Positions 1 to 13,720 of a stretch of 52,898 nt of DNA are shown piece after piece. The translations under genes were made by a program, and so were the position numbers. Source of the stretch: Catajapyx aquilonaris (taxonomy: Eukaryota); NCBI GenBank assembly GCA_000934665.2, contig JYFJ02000699.1, positions 62,001 to 114,898 on the forward strand, given 5' to 3'. A model generated the notes under the pieces. It saw only the letters and a list, made by a program, of their open reading frames with translations. It did not search any database and was not told the origin of the DNA. Position 1 is the stretch's first letter, and each line of letters begins with the position of its first letter.

Positions 1-1767
1 ACCTGCAAACATTCAATTTTCTCCAAAAATATTATTTTGGAAATTTGGTGATCGCTAATACTTTCCCAATATGAATCGACAATCAAGATACTAAAATAAT
101 ATCACCGTGTATTTTGGGTTGCATCATGCAAGGATAAAAAGCACCCCCAAGTGGCAGAGTTAGCAACTACTGTAGAAGGAGACCCGTTCTTCGCACGGTG
201 ATTGACAAATAAAAGAAATGTGCCACAATTGTCCCAAATGAGACACCAAACACACAGACACACACAAAAATATAAATTTTGGGTATTTAAACTTAAAAAA
301 ATTGCAGTTTTCTTGCTTTTCCCTGAATCAGCGGCACTTACAAGTTTCAACACTTCCAGTACTCTGAAAGTGGGCTAGGTAGTCGTTACATACATAAATA
401 CCAACAAACCTTCTTCTTTATATGATGTAAGATTCATGTTTATTTTAATCAGTTACTATTAGTGGTTAAATTTGGCCTGCAAGAATGTGTTCGCGAGTAA
501 AAAATAAATGCCACTGAAAACTAGTTTTTTTGAGAGGGACATCATGCTCCCCCCCTATGTCACGCCCTGTCACACCTTGACATCAACCCCCACCATTTTT
601 CCCATGGGATACTTTTACATCCAACCGTCCATCACAAACCGGACCATATTTCAGCAAGGTCCCTCGGAGGGTCCATCCGCTCATTTCACACACACTTCCG
701 CCTGCATTTGACTACATTGTCTGAGCATTCCGTACACGTCAACAACCGCCCCAGTCAGGGGGTTGGTGTATAAACCTCGATTGTTTGCGGCCAGATCAAT
801 ACCACGGGGGTAGGACAACCCGTTCTCTCAACCACCACTGGATCCTGTCGTTTTGTCACACCGATTGTCTGCGTTCCACTTTCCCTGCTCTTTGTCGCTG
901 TCACTTGCACAATACAAAGTGGAAAAAAAGCCAGCAAAATGGCACGTCCCCACAAGATGGCTGGAAGCAAAACTTTCTGAGCAAACATTAATTATTAATC
1001 TGGAAGGCTCGTCCTAACGTGACTTTTCAGTTTAATATCTTGCCAGCACGAAAAACAAGCATTCAGTTCCGGAGGCTTCGTTAGCCCAGGTCCATTTTAC
1101 AGTGTGCTAGGCCTAGGTTTGGAAGGGGGAAAAAAAATTGGGGTGGTTTTTCAAGGAGGTGGGTCCAAGGCCGGGATCGATCCGGAGGATTGCTCCTGTG
1201 CAGATCCTCTCGCTTGCAACTCCTCATTGCCCTTAGGCTCCCATAATCGCAAACTTTCATCTACTACCCATAAACTAAACTGGAAATAGGGGCCGAACCC
1301 TAGAAACTTGGGAGGGGGATTAAAATGGCGGAAATTTAGCGCGCGAAAAGCAACAGGACACGACCACACTTCGACATGGCTCCTCGAATCGATGAGAAAA
1401 TTTGCATAACGGGTTTGCTCCAATATGGAGGTACATGTGTTTTGCATAGAAAATGTCCAGAGCGCAAGTGTTAGCCCGCAGTTTTTTTTAGAAGGGGGTG
1501 GGGCTCTTTTTAATTGCGATGCTCCAGAGATTGGTGCACAAAATGATGGAACGAGCATTAAAAGCTTTGGTGCACAAAAGTGAACTTATTAAATCTGTGG
1601 TGCGGGCAGTAATTATGTGGCCATGGGTACAACCCGTGTTAGATGTCACGATAACAACTTCCAAATAAATAGAGCTTGTTTGCACCCGTCAAATTGCAGC
1701 AGTTTTTCAGATCAAAATCCAAATGAGACTATAGCTATAAAACACTAAACAAACATGATAGAATCAC

Positions 1768-1900
1768 TCTCTTCATCAAATAGCTGGAATGGTTAGTCAT
1801 TATGTATATTTAAAGTTAAACTATTTAATCGTGTATACATCTCTCATCAAACAGTTGGAATGTTGGGTCATTTTGTATATTTAAATTTAAATGTTAAAAT
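1768..1900. repeat. Degenerate ~70-bp direct duplication
   Basis: ctcttcatcaaatagctggaatggttagtcattatgtatatttaaa (~1768) versus ctctcatcaaacagttggaatgttgggtcattttgtatatttaaa (~1841). Confidence 0.6.
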
Positions 1901-3291
1901 ATGCTGTACGTTCCCAAGGTGTTAACAGGATGATTCTCATGCCCTACATATTGCAGCGTAATTTTCATTTAAGAAGTAATTTAAAAATTCATTTGAATGT
2001 TTATTTCAAAAGGTACTCCAGGTGGACATAACATTTTTGAGATCCACCTCTCCAATAATAATGAGACCGATCCAAAATCTGACAATGAAATTCAGCCAAG
2101 GCAAACAAACCCTCATCAAAGGATCACTCAACTTCCCTCGGTTGAGTCAACAAATTCCAGGGCTGCTTACGACCACTTAAATGTCCCGCAAGGCACTTTT
2201 CTCGTCCAAATAAATATAATTTTTGTGATCTCACCTTCCCAGCAATTCAATTCCCGTTCAACAAGTACTCAACCCATGGGGCTAAATAGCGTCCAGTTTT
2301 TTAATAAACACTTGAAACTGCAGCCTGGGGGGGTCTGGGAAATCCTCTTTTAACCAACTCTGGCAAGAAGTGTAGTAACGAGCGGCTGTAAGTTGTATCT
2401 CCGTCATCCCAGGGTTTCGTTACAAGCAGATAAAATTCCATTACGGTCAGAGCAGGACGGTAAAACCGGGCTCTGACCGGGGAGGCTTAAAGCTACAAAT
2501 AATGCTCCATTGTGCAGATCTGGGTGAAATGTTCCGGTTGGGGTTGTGCCAAACTGACATTTCTCCCTCAGAGTTCCAGCTATACGAGTTTTCAGTGTTT
2601 ACGAGGGGGGTTCTCCATTCTCGGCTACATACAGTCAGTATAATCCCGGTGGCTCTAAAGGAGTTGGCAGTTTGTTCCGTCTACGGGGACCGCATCCCAA
2701 GGAAACCTAATCTCACTTTGCAAACCAAAAAACTAAGACCGCCAGAGTTTGTTTTTTCCTTATGGCATTACACCTGGCACTCCTTTTACGACCTCAACCT
2801 GAAAAATTGAGACCCGTCTTTGTGTGATGGTTTCCCCGCAAAGGGCTCTCTTGGGTGGTATAAACCTTCTACCTTGATGCTGCCACGGTGGCCAAAAAAT
2901 GGGTCAGTTGGAACTACATTTATTTGCTGATGGATGAATTTCTGACCTTAACCTATTGCAACGTCGAGCGGGAAGAAAAAGCCCTGTGGATATCTCGCAG
3001 GAGCCTCGAGGGCTCTTCAATCATTCGTGGAGGAAGAGAAAAAAAATTGGACAGTCATAGAATTCCTTTTGTGAAAACGATGAGGAAACATTTGAAAGAC
3101 GGATACGCTTGGGTGGCTTTGTGGCAACGTGTAAAAACCAGGTTTCGCATCTTTCCCACGGTTACAGAAACATCTTACTCTTGTTTTCCCCCACTTTTGA
3201 TACAGGATGACCCAAAAGTCTGGACACATAGTATAAGTGTTGATTTCCATATCTTTAAATTAATAAATATTAATATTACTTGCAGTTGCCA

Positions 3292-6200
3292 ATGGACAAG
3301 AGACCAAGCTACCTGAATGTGCTAGAGATCGACGACCCGAAGCTGTGTGTTTTCCTCCACGTGATGACGCCTTTGGAGGCGGCTCAACCTGTGATGGAAT
3401 CGCATTTGGCCAAGCCATTCCTCCTGCAAATGACCGTGGCCAAGCAGATAGTGGACGAGATACATGCGGACAACAAAGCAACAGAGGGTATGCTGCTGGT
3501 CAACATGGAGAAGAACGGTGAGGGTGAGATCGGGGTTTTGATTTGTCTCTTGGGACCTGTGGGGGCTAAATGTCGTCTTGCACCACAAACCACACCGCTG
3601 ACTGTGATGCCTTTGTCGCCACCGGTTCTTTTAACACCAACAAAAATTCACAATGGTTGTCTTCAGGGAACCGCTGGCGAATTCGATGTTCAGCAGGACT
3701 TTGAACGCAAAAAAAAACCCGGCCATTTTGGACTGACGGTGTGTCCAAGATGGCCGCCGATGTTGTGCTTCCTTCGCACTGTGTGCACTGTTGTTGGCTT
3801 TGTTGTTGCAAAAATGTGTGTAGGTTGTCCCTCCGTCAGTTTACAACGCAGCAGAGTAATGTTCAACCAATGGGAGTGCGCAGCTAAACGTCAGCTGCGT
3901 AACAACGTCCTCCTCTCCCATTGGTGGAACGTTATCTCATCCATTTTCTTCCTTTTTATTGTAGGCCATCTCCAAAGGCAACCGGGCAATCGTCATAATA
4001 GACTTGCGGAAATTTGATTTCATAACCCGACTCCCTAATGAGATTTGAGGGATTTCGCAGCTTAGAGGCAAGGCTCGTCTTTCTTCTTCTTTTTTTCTCC
4101 GCAAATATATAGGTAACGCGATTGAAAAGGCGCAAGTCTTACAGTGACATAAAAGCGTGTTGGGCTTGGAGGTAGCCCAAGTTGGCAGGTTGAAATATGC
4201 CACCGTTTGGTTGTATAATCCGTGCATAACTCTGTTTGTATGCATACAAAGCTGCGCTCCAGGTTAGTTTGTTGTCTAAACGTGCAGCTAAAAAAAACGG
4301 GTGCAAATTAAAGTCGGTTTCGCGTCTAGTTGGGTCCAATATACCGGCGACCCAGTCTTCCGAGGGAGAGCTTTAATTTAGCAGGAAATTCAGGTGGCAC
4401 AACCTCTGACTCTTTTTCCTCAACTCGAGAAGAAATTAACGAGGAGAAAACAGGCTCCTAATTTAACGGCTACCGCTCGCCGTATAAAGCATCGTCTTTT
4501 AGGAAGGAAGAAAAATATTGCCAAACTGTTACCGCTCAAGCAGTAATATATCACTTTCATAATTACCATGAAACTATATTTAAACACCCAGCATTTTTTT
4601 CCGCAGAAAAAAACAATAAAAACGTCAGATTTAAAAGGTAGCCATAAAACAATATGGGAATCGATTAATCAATAAAATCTCATTCGGTAACCGTAATCTC
4701 AATAATTGAATGTGGCTTATCGAACTAATTTCGCAACTTTTTGAGCAATTTTGCTTTGATTTAATATATGAAATGTTAAAGGACTGTTTGGGAATGCCAT
4801 TTTAAATAGCCCTCGGGACGTTTTAGGTTTAATTATTTGGAGCCTGTAAATAGAGGAGCTTAACCAGTAAAATATGCAGCAGCACTAATAAACAGGACTG
4901 GTTTTGGCCGTGTTAACATCCTTGTTAATTGCGGAAAGGTCGACGGGACAAGGAATTCGAAACGTAACAAGCTCAGCCAATTCCCAAAACAAGACTTGAA
5001 CAAAAAAAAAGAAAAACGAAAGGGAGAGAGAAAGAGAGAGGACCTCGACCAATTAGACAAGACGAAGAGCAAGTTGCATCCCTGATGCGACCAGGAGCCG
5101 CCTCTGTAAGCTCGAAATGGCCAGGTAAAAATAGGGATTTCACAACTCAGCACCCCACAGGCCAACTGGGAATCCCTTTTGGTTCTAATTAAAGTGATTA
5201 CGACGCAGGACAGGTCACTAGATGAAAATTAATACAAGGCTTGTGGACAAACGAGAGTTGGGGGCTAATTTCCGCGCAGTAATGAATATGGACACGAGTA
5301 ATATTCTTGGTGAAGTTCAAGGTCGATTTTTGGCCGAATTAAATTGCTTCGCGAATTCGCAATTTTCTTGGCAGGAATTCCTCCGAAATGTCATTATGTC
5401 ATCAATCAGCTGGACCTGGCACCAAAATATTTCATACTTCATGATCAGCCTTATAGCTCTTGGCAGCCTATTCCACCCGAATAAATCAACAGAGACCTTG
5501 AAAATTGTTAAAAAATCCATATCCTGTGGGTGCCAACGAAATAAGTTCAAGTCATTCCGTGCACACCCTGTGAACCCCCCCCCCCCATCCCCCACCAGTA
5601 TTTAGTACCCTCCCCATCAGTGTACGCATGAAAAAGCGTTGTCACATTGTGTTGTTGTATTGATGTTTACACATAGCTTCGAAAATGCGGAAACCTATTG
5701 CAGGCATGAGGGTTTTTTGGTGTGTTGTCATTTAAACAGGCCATGGACGAAGAGCAATACATTACAGAACAACTTAATCGATACACCTCCGAGTAGAAGC
5801 CAACAGGCTGGAAAGTAAAGCGTCACTGCAGCAAACTGGGCACACCGAAGCGATGGAGAGGAAACATCAGCAAAAAAATCCTGACAATCTTAGAGATAGG
5901 ATACTCTAGTTTGTTTTCCTCTCGGGCCTGATTGGATTCTATCGGACACTAGAAACTCGGCAAGTAACACAGGTCTTCCGAAATTAAAGCCTTTCGTCTT
6001 CTTCTCCCCAACGACGAAAAGACTCGGGGAAAACTCCTTGACAGCAGCAGTGATAGAGAAATCACGTTTTCTTGGGAGGGAGGGACTGAAGCTGATTCCG
6101 GATGCGAAGAGCTTTGGGGTCGAGTGCACGACAAGAGGACGGTTGAGATATTCATCGTCCCACGAAAAGGAGAGTCTTCCTGGTGCCTGCAGACGACACT

Positions 6201-9200
6201 GATGTCTGCTGCAGAGAATGCCGCCCGGTTTGTTCCAAGACCGAAAGATTTCTTCTTCTTTTTTTTGATGGGAGAGGAAAAGCCGTTTAAACGTCCGTGC
6301 AAATAATTGCCTGGCGAAATGCCGTGTGGTTTTAATATGAATGGTGAGTACAAGTCCGGGAGTTCAGGAATTTCATTAAACCGACACAGTTCATCATCGC
6401 TACTGGAATGTCGTCAATGTTCCAGCCATTTTATTGAGTCGGGAGGGGTAACAGGCTGAGGAGAAGATATTATGCTTATATGTTGGTGCATCGATGTTTA
6501 GCCTGCAACTGATCCAACGAGGCAAGTCAACCCCTTTTTTGGCTTTACTTTTTTCATCCGCTGCTTGTGGCGTGATGTCAAGTCACGGTGGTGACGCCGC
6601 GTCTCCCACGTGGCAGTGGCGTCCCCCACGTGACCGTTGACGTCTCACCCCAATCGCTGTCATGCGCACTTCACCGCAATGCATGAATGTTGTCCACGTA
6701 CGTGCTTACCAGTGCTTTTATATGTACCCAATTTTTTTTTCTCCAAACCCTCCATACAAAAAAAACAAACGCAAATACAGCAGAGTACCCGTTCATCAAT
6801 TACTTCATCATCAACAAGGGTCAGACTGACCCCATCGCCTTCTTCGACAACACCAAGATGATGGTGCTTCAAAAATTCGACCCCAACGCGACCCGGTACC
6901 GAGGTGACCACTTGCTCGACCTTTACAACGAGGTGGCCACCATCGCCAGGCCGCCTGTAGAGCCGCTGACCAAGAAGCCTCTCTCCAAGACCACCGGTTA
7001 CATCATTTCCGTGTTTAGGGTCTTCGAAGGCGACGACAGCGAGAAGTTGGAACGGAACTGGCTCTACTGGACAGGTAATTGCTTATTTCGTTTTCTCTCT
7101 TCCGCTTCTTTTTTTTAGGAGGCGACATGCGAAAAAAACGAGTAAGACTACACTGTCATCATCCAGATGAGAGATGGCAGGAAGCGCACGTCTGCTAAAA
7201 TAAGCGAAGGAAACATGACAAGGAAAGGACACGAATCTCGCTAATGCTGTTTCAACTCTTGATGAACTTCCTCTAGTGCTCCTTTTAAAAAAAGGAATCC
7301 TAGGAAGCGAAGTACTTAACGCTCTGAAAATATCTCTGGTAGCAAAAAAATAACTATGTCGTACTGCACGCTCTGCACGTATCACCTCAAGAGCCTGCAA
7401 ATTCTACACTGCAGTAATATCTTCTTATCACGTGAATTATAGAAAAGCATCCTGGCGGCCAAAAGCAAGGAAGCAATAAACTTGTACGTGCATTACGTCA
7501 GTGAAGAAGTACGCATAAAGTGATTCTTAATAGGCACAGATGAATAAATAACGACACGGAGACTTTTAGAGCCCTGGTCCGGGCAGTAACTATACTGAAT
7601 AGCTTCCTTATAAATTATAACACTTCATAGTACTAGTACCATTAGGTTAGTTATTTTCATTTCCTATAGACAGTGATTTTTGTGAAGTCACACGCATTAA
7701 TTTTTAATTCATACAGAGTTGTATGGACTATACGGGTGGAATTTTCGTCCCACTGCTAGTTACTGCTAACTTAGCAATAACAATGTTGGCAATGGTACTG
7801 CTAAGCTAGCAGTGGGACGAAAATTCCACCCTATGATTATACGCAGGTGTTCACAATACGTTATCAGAGACCTTCACTTGTGTTATGCAGATTGGGTGCA
7901 CTTTACACAGACTTTCTGTATTACATAACGCACCACGTGCATTGCACTATAATTAACGTCAAAACAGGACCTAAAATCTTGGCTGGGGCAAAAACACCGC
8001 GTGATGCTGTGCAAAGTGTCGCAAAACTTCGCAAACATGGCCGCCTGTATACGTACACAGCTTGACATGAAGCAACATCTCTGAATAACGTATGCTCCGG
8101 TATATTCCTGCCTTCATGAAATATTCATACTATCCCTACTGCTCGCCTGACCCTGACCTCCAAACCACATGGCGAAGGGCACATGAATTTTGAATCGGAA
8201 TCGAATCTAAGCGGTCCGTTTTGTCCCACAGCCGCAGATATGTCCGCTTCATAACCCCTCGAGCTCTTACACACATTCCAGATCTATTATGAATACGAGA
8301 GTTTTACGTCCAACGGGCAAATGGGCTGGTTGGCACGCAGTTATAAGTTTTTTAGGCGGATTGTGTGAGGGGGGGACCATCCAGGCAGCATGGGGGGGAG
8401 GTTCCGCAGGGCGAGACATTTTGGGATCCACTCATGCCTTACAGCGATGGTTGTGGATAATAATGGTTCTATCCAGGGAACACGGAAACCCAATCAGCTG
8501 GGTTTGAAAGCACAGGCCCCTGAAGCACCCACTCTCACAGAGAGGAGAAAATCTCCTTCCACTATTTTGCAGGTTATGATCTTACACATCAGATTGTGCA
8601 AAGTTGCTAATGGACGTCTGTTATTGTTTTCATTGTCACTATTATACTGATTTTGGCAACGGGTTCACTAATATATGAAAGAAACGGTCAGTATCGTTCA
8701 TTGTCCAGCAAGTTGAAGTAACAGGCAGTGAACAAGACTATAATTCTGGCAGGGAAAAATCACCTCTTGGGGAGCTTCAACCCAGTTCATTTTCAGAGTG
8801 CAGCCAGTGGCTAGATGGCAACCGCCCAGTTCGTCACATATACACTGTAAGGACAGGAAAACAATGCGTAACATGTGGTCTGTCCCTGAGATACGTAGTG
8901 TCTATAGGTGTAACGCCCCGGGCCATCCCCTGGCTGCTTTTCTGTCCTGTTGCAAGGCGTGACATCTAGCGCATTAGCTCCACTTGAAAGCTAATTGGGC
9001 TGAAATTATTCACACTGAAATTGAGCTAGGAGCATGTAATTAATTTTGGTAATTGCCAGAGCTGAGCAAACAAACATATCAAATGGGGGGCAATGTGACT
9101 TGATCCATATTCCCCGTGTGCAATTAAATGAATAAAATATGACCGTCATATTCTGCACACCGAGGGCACTGAAAGTGCAGTAAATTGTAGTACGTATATG

Positions 9201-12200
9201 AAAATAATTGCAACTGCAGCCTCCATGCAGCCTCCAGTCTCCTTATCACAATGGAAATATATGGTACGCCCACAATTTAATGGAATTATCTTGGGCTGGT
9301 GCAAAATCCGGTTGAAATTATCTCCGATTGTACTTGGTGACGAACAAACCGTTGTTACTCTGAGAAAGAAATTATCAGGCAACATTAAACCATACGTTTT
9401 GTTGAATAGAGGCTTTAGTTATGCTATTCACATTTAGTGTGTCATTAGTTGCGCAAGTTTATTTAGGAGTTCCTAACTGTAGGCATTAGCAACGTCCGTA
9501 TTATCACGGGCATTTTGTCCTTCTATTACGTTGCTAGTAGCGTATAGTAGCAATCATAGAAATCTATACATAATCTTATCTGAGAAGGACTAATCAATAG
9601 ACACTAATGGTATTAACCCGCAGTAGGTCGAATATTCATTTTCAGGCAATCGGCATGTCTTATTTTACTTTCTAAGATTAAAAGTATAGTGAAATTACTT
9701 CATCAAAGAAAGCTTATCGAAGTGTATGTTGAATAGCAGGGCCAAAGAGCTTATACTAGGAAGAGTGGAAAAAACAGCTGGTAGCATAGCAACCGTGTCG
9801 CCAATCGACTGACCTGCCACCTGGCGAGTCGACAGCGAAACTCGATACTGTATTGTACAATACGGTAGATCGAGGCAGTGCCGGAAATATGGCAATAAAA
9901 GCCCCAGAGGTTGGAAATAAGCTATAAGCACTCGTATACTCTCGTTGGTGTAAAAATTGACGACAAAACACGATGTAGAAGACCTGCGAATAAAATACCA
10001 TCACGAAAAGCAAATTGTTTGCCAGAAGTTTATTGCCACTACAATAATCCCACACTCTGCGCTATACAATACACACCACGGTAGGCTACTGTACACACTG
10101 GTCATGATGCTGAACATGGTCATGACAGGAAGATGACAGGAAGATGATGATAAGATGTACCCCCCGCTGCTATGTCCATCTTGTGGCGGGCGGGCTTGTT
10201 GTTGGCAAGCTGCGTCGAATATATCAGTTTCGAGTCCAAAATTAGTGCCTTAACCGCATACGACCTCATATTGGTCAGTTTTTAGATTTATAACTCTTAA
10301 TTACGTGCCTCTTGATATTAAATCAACACAGTTTATTGAAATTCATCTCGACAGCACTCGACGGTGCCGCCTAGTGGCGCCGCGTAGTGAGCCATCAGCA
10401 AAACACGTTGGCCAAACAACTGGCCAAAAAGTGGCGACGCTTGGAAACCGTTTTTTCCACTCTTCCTAGTATAAGCTCTTTGAGCAGGGCGATAACCCGA
10501 CTATATAGTCATATCCACATAAATTGTAATCTTGCTTCTGAGGTTAGGAGCAGATAATAACAATAAAGTCTGTCGCATTATTGCCTGCAATGAAGAGGAA
10601 TAAAACATGGCAACAATGTCATCTTTCATAAATGCGGCCCGCCCTATTCTTTCTGATTGCAATATTCAACTCAGATGATAAAGTGTCGACTTTTTCTTCC
10701 AGCAAAAACAGTCCCCCTTCTCTCTCTTTTTTTGTCTCCACCAAAACGAATGCGTAAATCATTCGCTGGGTAACATCTGCTTTATGCCAATCCTTATTAC
10801 TCCTGCATGACAAGGGAGGGTTGGGAGCCCAGAGAGTAGTTGGAATGTAGTCGAAAATATCGATCAGCCCATGTTCATCGGAGAATGAAACTATCACTGT
10901 CTCCGTCCCACATCGTGTGTAGTACTCATCCGGTCGTACAGAGAGTCCATTTTTGACATGCACTATTTTCCTCCTCAATTTTTCGACGCCATAATGCATG
11001 ACAAGGGCCCCCCCACAAATTCGGTCATATTGATCGCGACTTTTGTGACGCACGCACATTTACTCCTCTCCAGTATGCACACTATCTCTTGTATGTTATA
11101 GCGAAGGTTATGTGAACACCAGCGTATACTATTTCGGCCTGTGGCCTCCCTAGTGCATTTCATTAAAAAAAAAAGAGTTCAATGGTCAGATAGTGCGGAC
11201 TTTGTAGACTTGTTTTCCTCTAGAGGATATCGACTGATTCGGTCCATTGAGCTGACCAGTGGAAAATTGACGAGCAGTTGCTGATTACACCCGGATATTT
11301 TTTTTTTAAACAGTGTAATTGACGTCTTGAGTTATCCAACGACTTTTACGTCACTTTAATGCGCAAGGTGTTTTGTAATTTAGAGGAGGTTTAGACCTAT
11401 ATTTATTTGCGGGAGGACACTTATTTTCGTTGAGATAGGACGAGCAGGGAAGGGATCTCATCTTGGGTCTTCTCTGCTGAATAATTTCAAAGTTGGAAGC
11501 CTTCATGGTTTATTTATTGGATTACAAACCTGGAATTTTCTAGAGAGAGAGAGAGAAAAAAAAAGTTTTTCTAAAACTTCTACGCTCGAGAGAAGCAAGC
11601 GCACGAGAAAATGCGACCTCATTTGATAATGTTATTCATACACCCCCAACTTAGACAATGTCATAAAAAGTAATTTTGCACGTCCAATAAGTACAGGGCA
11701 ATTAAACGAATCCTCCCAGAAGAAATTACTTGGCTGTACCCACAAATGAGATGTGAGTAAACGTACAGAATTTTTCCGATTGTTACGAGGGCAGCGGTCT
11801 TTAAATATTTTTATCATTGCTTTCCTTTATACAAATTGCTAAATGACACGCTATACATTTCCAATCTAATTAAGACCACAGCTCACGACCCGCCTTGTCA
11901 TTAGCATTCCAAGAAAATAGACGGACAGAATTTCAAGTCCTCCTTATCCACTCATAAACATTAGACCTCTTTTGTGCCATTTTGAAAAAAGTGGGCCTCG
12001 TATAGCATTCTCAATTCCCTTTATTCCAACTTGAGCGCAAAAAAAAAAAAATGTCGCCCTTTTCACTTCTTTAGTACTCACTGAAACCTTTTCAAAAAAC
12101 TGGAATGTCAGGCAGTTCTTCCTCATATTGATCTCTCTCCCTTTCCTTCCCTTGCCTATAGACCAAGAAGTTAAAGGAATGCTAAGAAAAGAGCCTCCAA

Positions 12201-13720
12201 TTTGATTCGATTTCTGCACCCCCCTTCCAATCCCTCACCCGCCATTTTCGCCATACACAATTTCATTTGCAATTTCCTCCGAAACCGGCAGCCATTGGAG
12301 ACAGAATAGTGCGAAAGTATGAATTGCAATCACAATCAAAAAACTTGCCAAGTTTTAAGAATTATTGGAGGTCTTTCACCCTAAAATCATCCGGTCCAGT
12401 CTGAATGATGTAAGAGTACACACGTGTTAGCAAGCATGTCATTACGTCCTGTAGATCCGTAATGACAGACTTTACACTCATATTTTTAGTTCAAAAAAAA
12501 AAAAATAGCGATAACATCAAAGGTTATCCAGCATATCGATCGAAATCCTGTTAGTCAGGCCAATGGTTTAAAATTTTCGGTTAAATTTTGATAACCCTAC
12601 AAAACCTGTTAGTTATAAATACCGAAACTCATAACGTCGTACATATATAGGCCAGTACTTAAACCTTAACTATCGCTAGTTATATTATTAATCCCAGAGC
12701 AAAATTAGCTTTGTCAGATCCGTACACGATTTAAGAGGTAATTTTTTTAAAACTCTGGCGATATTGAACATCAAATGACATTTAAAGCCATGAGCGTACA
12801 GATAAAATCTCCGGAGCTTTCATGCCACGCCTATATTTAATATTCAGACAAATCATGCAGTTGGAGATTATACTATACATCCCAACCTAATTACGAGGTA
12901 CGTTACTGGGAAATTGCGGAAATTCCGGCCACTGCGAATTCCATTTGTTGCGGTCCTGTTTTAAAAGCATTGGTTACCAATATCACTTGCAATGGAGCCT
13001 TGGTCTCTGGAGTATATACGTGCATAAACAATCTAATAGAGCGCTTACAAACCGCAAGGTTACGCGTATATGCAACAAGCCAAGCATACCATTACATTTT
13101 TATAATATTTTGTTCACAAAGTCAGACTAATTTCGGTCGAAAACGATCGAAAATTAACGCGGCGTCGCCATCTTGATTTTACTCTAACGCCATCTGTGGC
13201 GTAGTGACTGAATCACGATTTTACCCTAACGCCATCTGTGGTGTAGTGACTGAACCACAATTTTACTCTAAGGCCATCTGTGATGTAGTGATTGAATCAC
13301 GATTTTACTCTAACGCCATCTGTGGTGTAGTGACTGAATCACGATTTTACTCTAACGCCATCTGTGGTGTAGTGACTGAATCACGATTATACCCTAACGC
13401 CATCTGTGGTGTAGTGACTGAATCACAATTTTACTGTAAGGCCATCTGTGGTGTAGTGACTGAACTATATGCACTTCTTTGACCTCTCTTTTTGCTTTGT
13501 TTCAGGTGCCCGAATGCTGTACCGGTACCTGCCCCGTTCGGTGGGTCTCCGTCGCATAACCCTGCACAAATCTGTAGCCCATGGCGACAAACTCTACCTG
13601 CTCATGTGCGAGTGCACCAATTTCCTGGACAACATTTCGGCAGCCGCCTGGCTGGTACCGGCCCTCAGAGCCAGACTATGTGGTTACACAGGGATCTATC
13701 GAGCGGTCACAGCATTTTGA
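3292..13720 (+). CDS. Conserved uncharacterised protein, DUF7153-like (~244 aa; an upstream exon may exist)
   Basis: Exons 3292-3517 (acceptor tgcag at 3281-3285, donor G|gtgag), 6781-7074 (donor G|gtaatt) and 13506-13720 (acceptor ttcag). Phases match (1/1) and the total is 735 nt. The peptide includes EYPFINYF, YIISVFRVFEGDDSEKLERNWLYWTG/ARMLYRYLP and LRARLCGYTGIYR, which I recall from a conserved invertebrate uncharacterised family. Confidence 0.75.
7734..7831. mobile_element. 98-bp fold-back MITE-like element with 26-bp perfect TIRs
   Basis: gggtggaattttcgtcccactgctag ... ctagcagtgggacgaaaattccaccc is an exact reverse complement. GGG termini are reminiscent of PIF/Harbinger. The TSD is not clean (tac/tat). 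Confidence 0.7.
9743..10482. mobile_element. 740-bp non-autonomous DNA transposon (P-element- or hAT-type) with 33-bp perfect TIRs and 8-bp TSD
   Basis: TIR caaagagcttatactaggaagagtggaaaaaac at 9743 and its exact reverse complement ending at 10482. Identical flanking TSD agcagggc at 9735-9742 and 10483-10490. No transposase ORF inside. Confidence 0.92.
13175..13464. repeat. 42-bp minisatellite, ~7 copies
   Basis: Unit gattttactctaacgccatctgtggtgtagtgactgaatcac is repeated head-to-tail with few substitutions and no spacers. The ORF track shows the 14-aa periodicity FYSNAICGVVTESR. Confidence 0.95.

Noticed and set aside
2443..2480. 10-bp inverted repeat cggtcagagc/gctctgaccg
   Set aside because: Too short to separate from chance; no TSD and no RNA gene features.
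1..3280. Short ORFs in the first 3.3 kb, including 2888..3316
   Set aside because: No recognisable domains or consistent splice phases; treated as upstream or intronic non-coding DNA.
3518..4017. C-terminal part of the 245-aa ORF 3280..4017
   Set aside because: Read-through into the intron past the strong donor at 3518; the peptide is not protein-like.
5968..6306. ~110-codon open frame in intron 1 of the DUF7153-like gene
   Set aside because: No recognisable homology or convincing splice sites; compatible with chance.
13175..13464. CRISPR-like repeat array or repetitive 92-aa ORF
   Set aside because: Units are contiguous with no unique spacers, the context is a eukaryotic intron, and there are no cas genes. 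The ORF is out of frame with the adjacent exon and simply reflects the 42-bp period.
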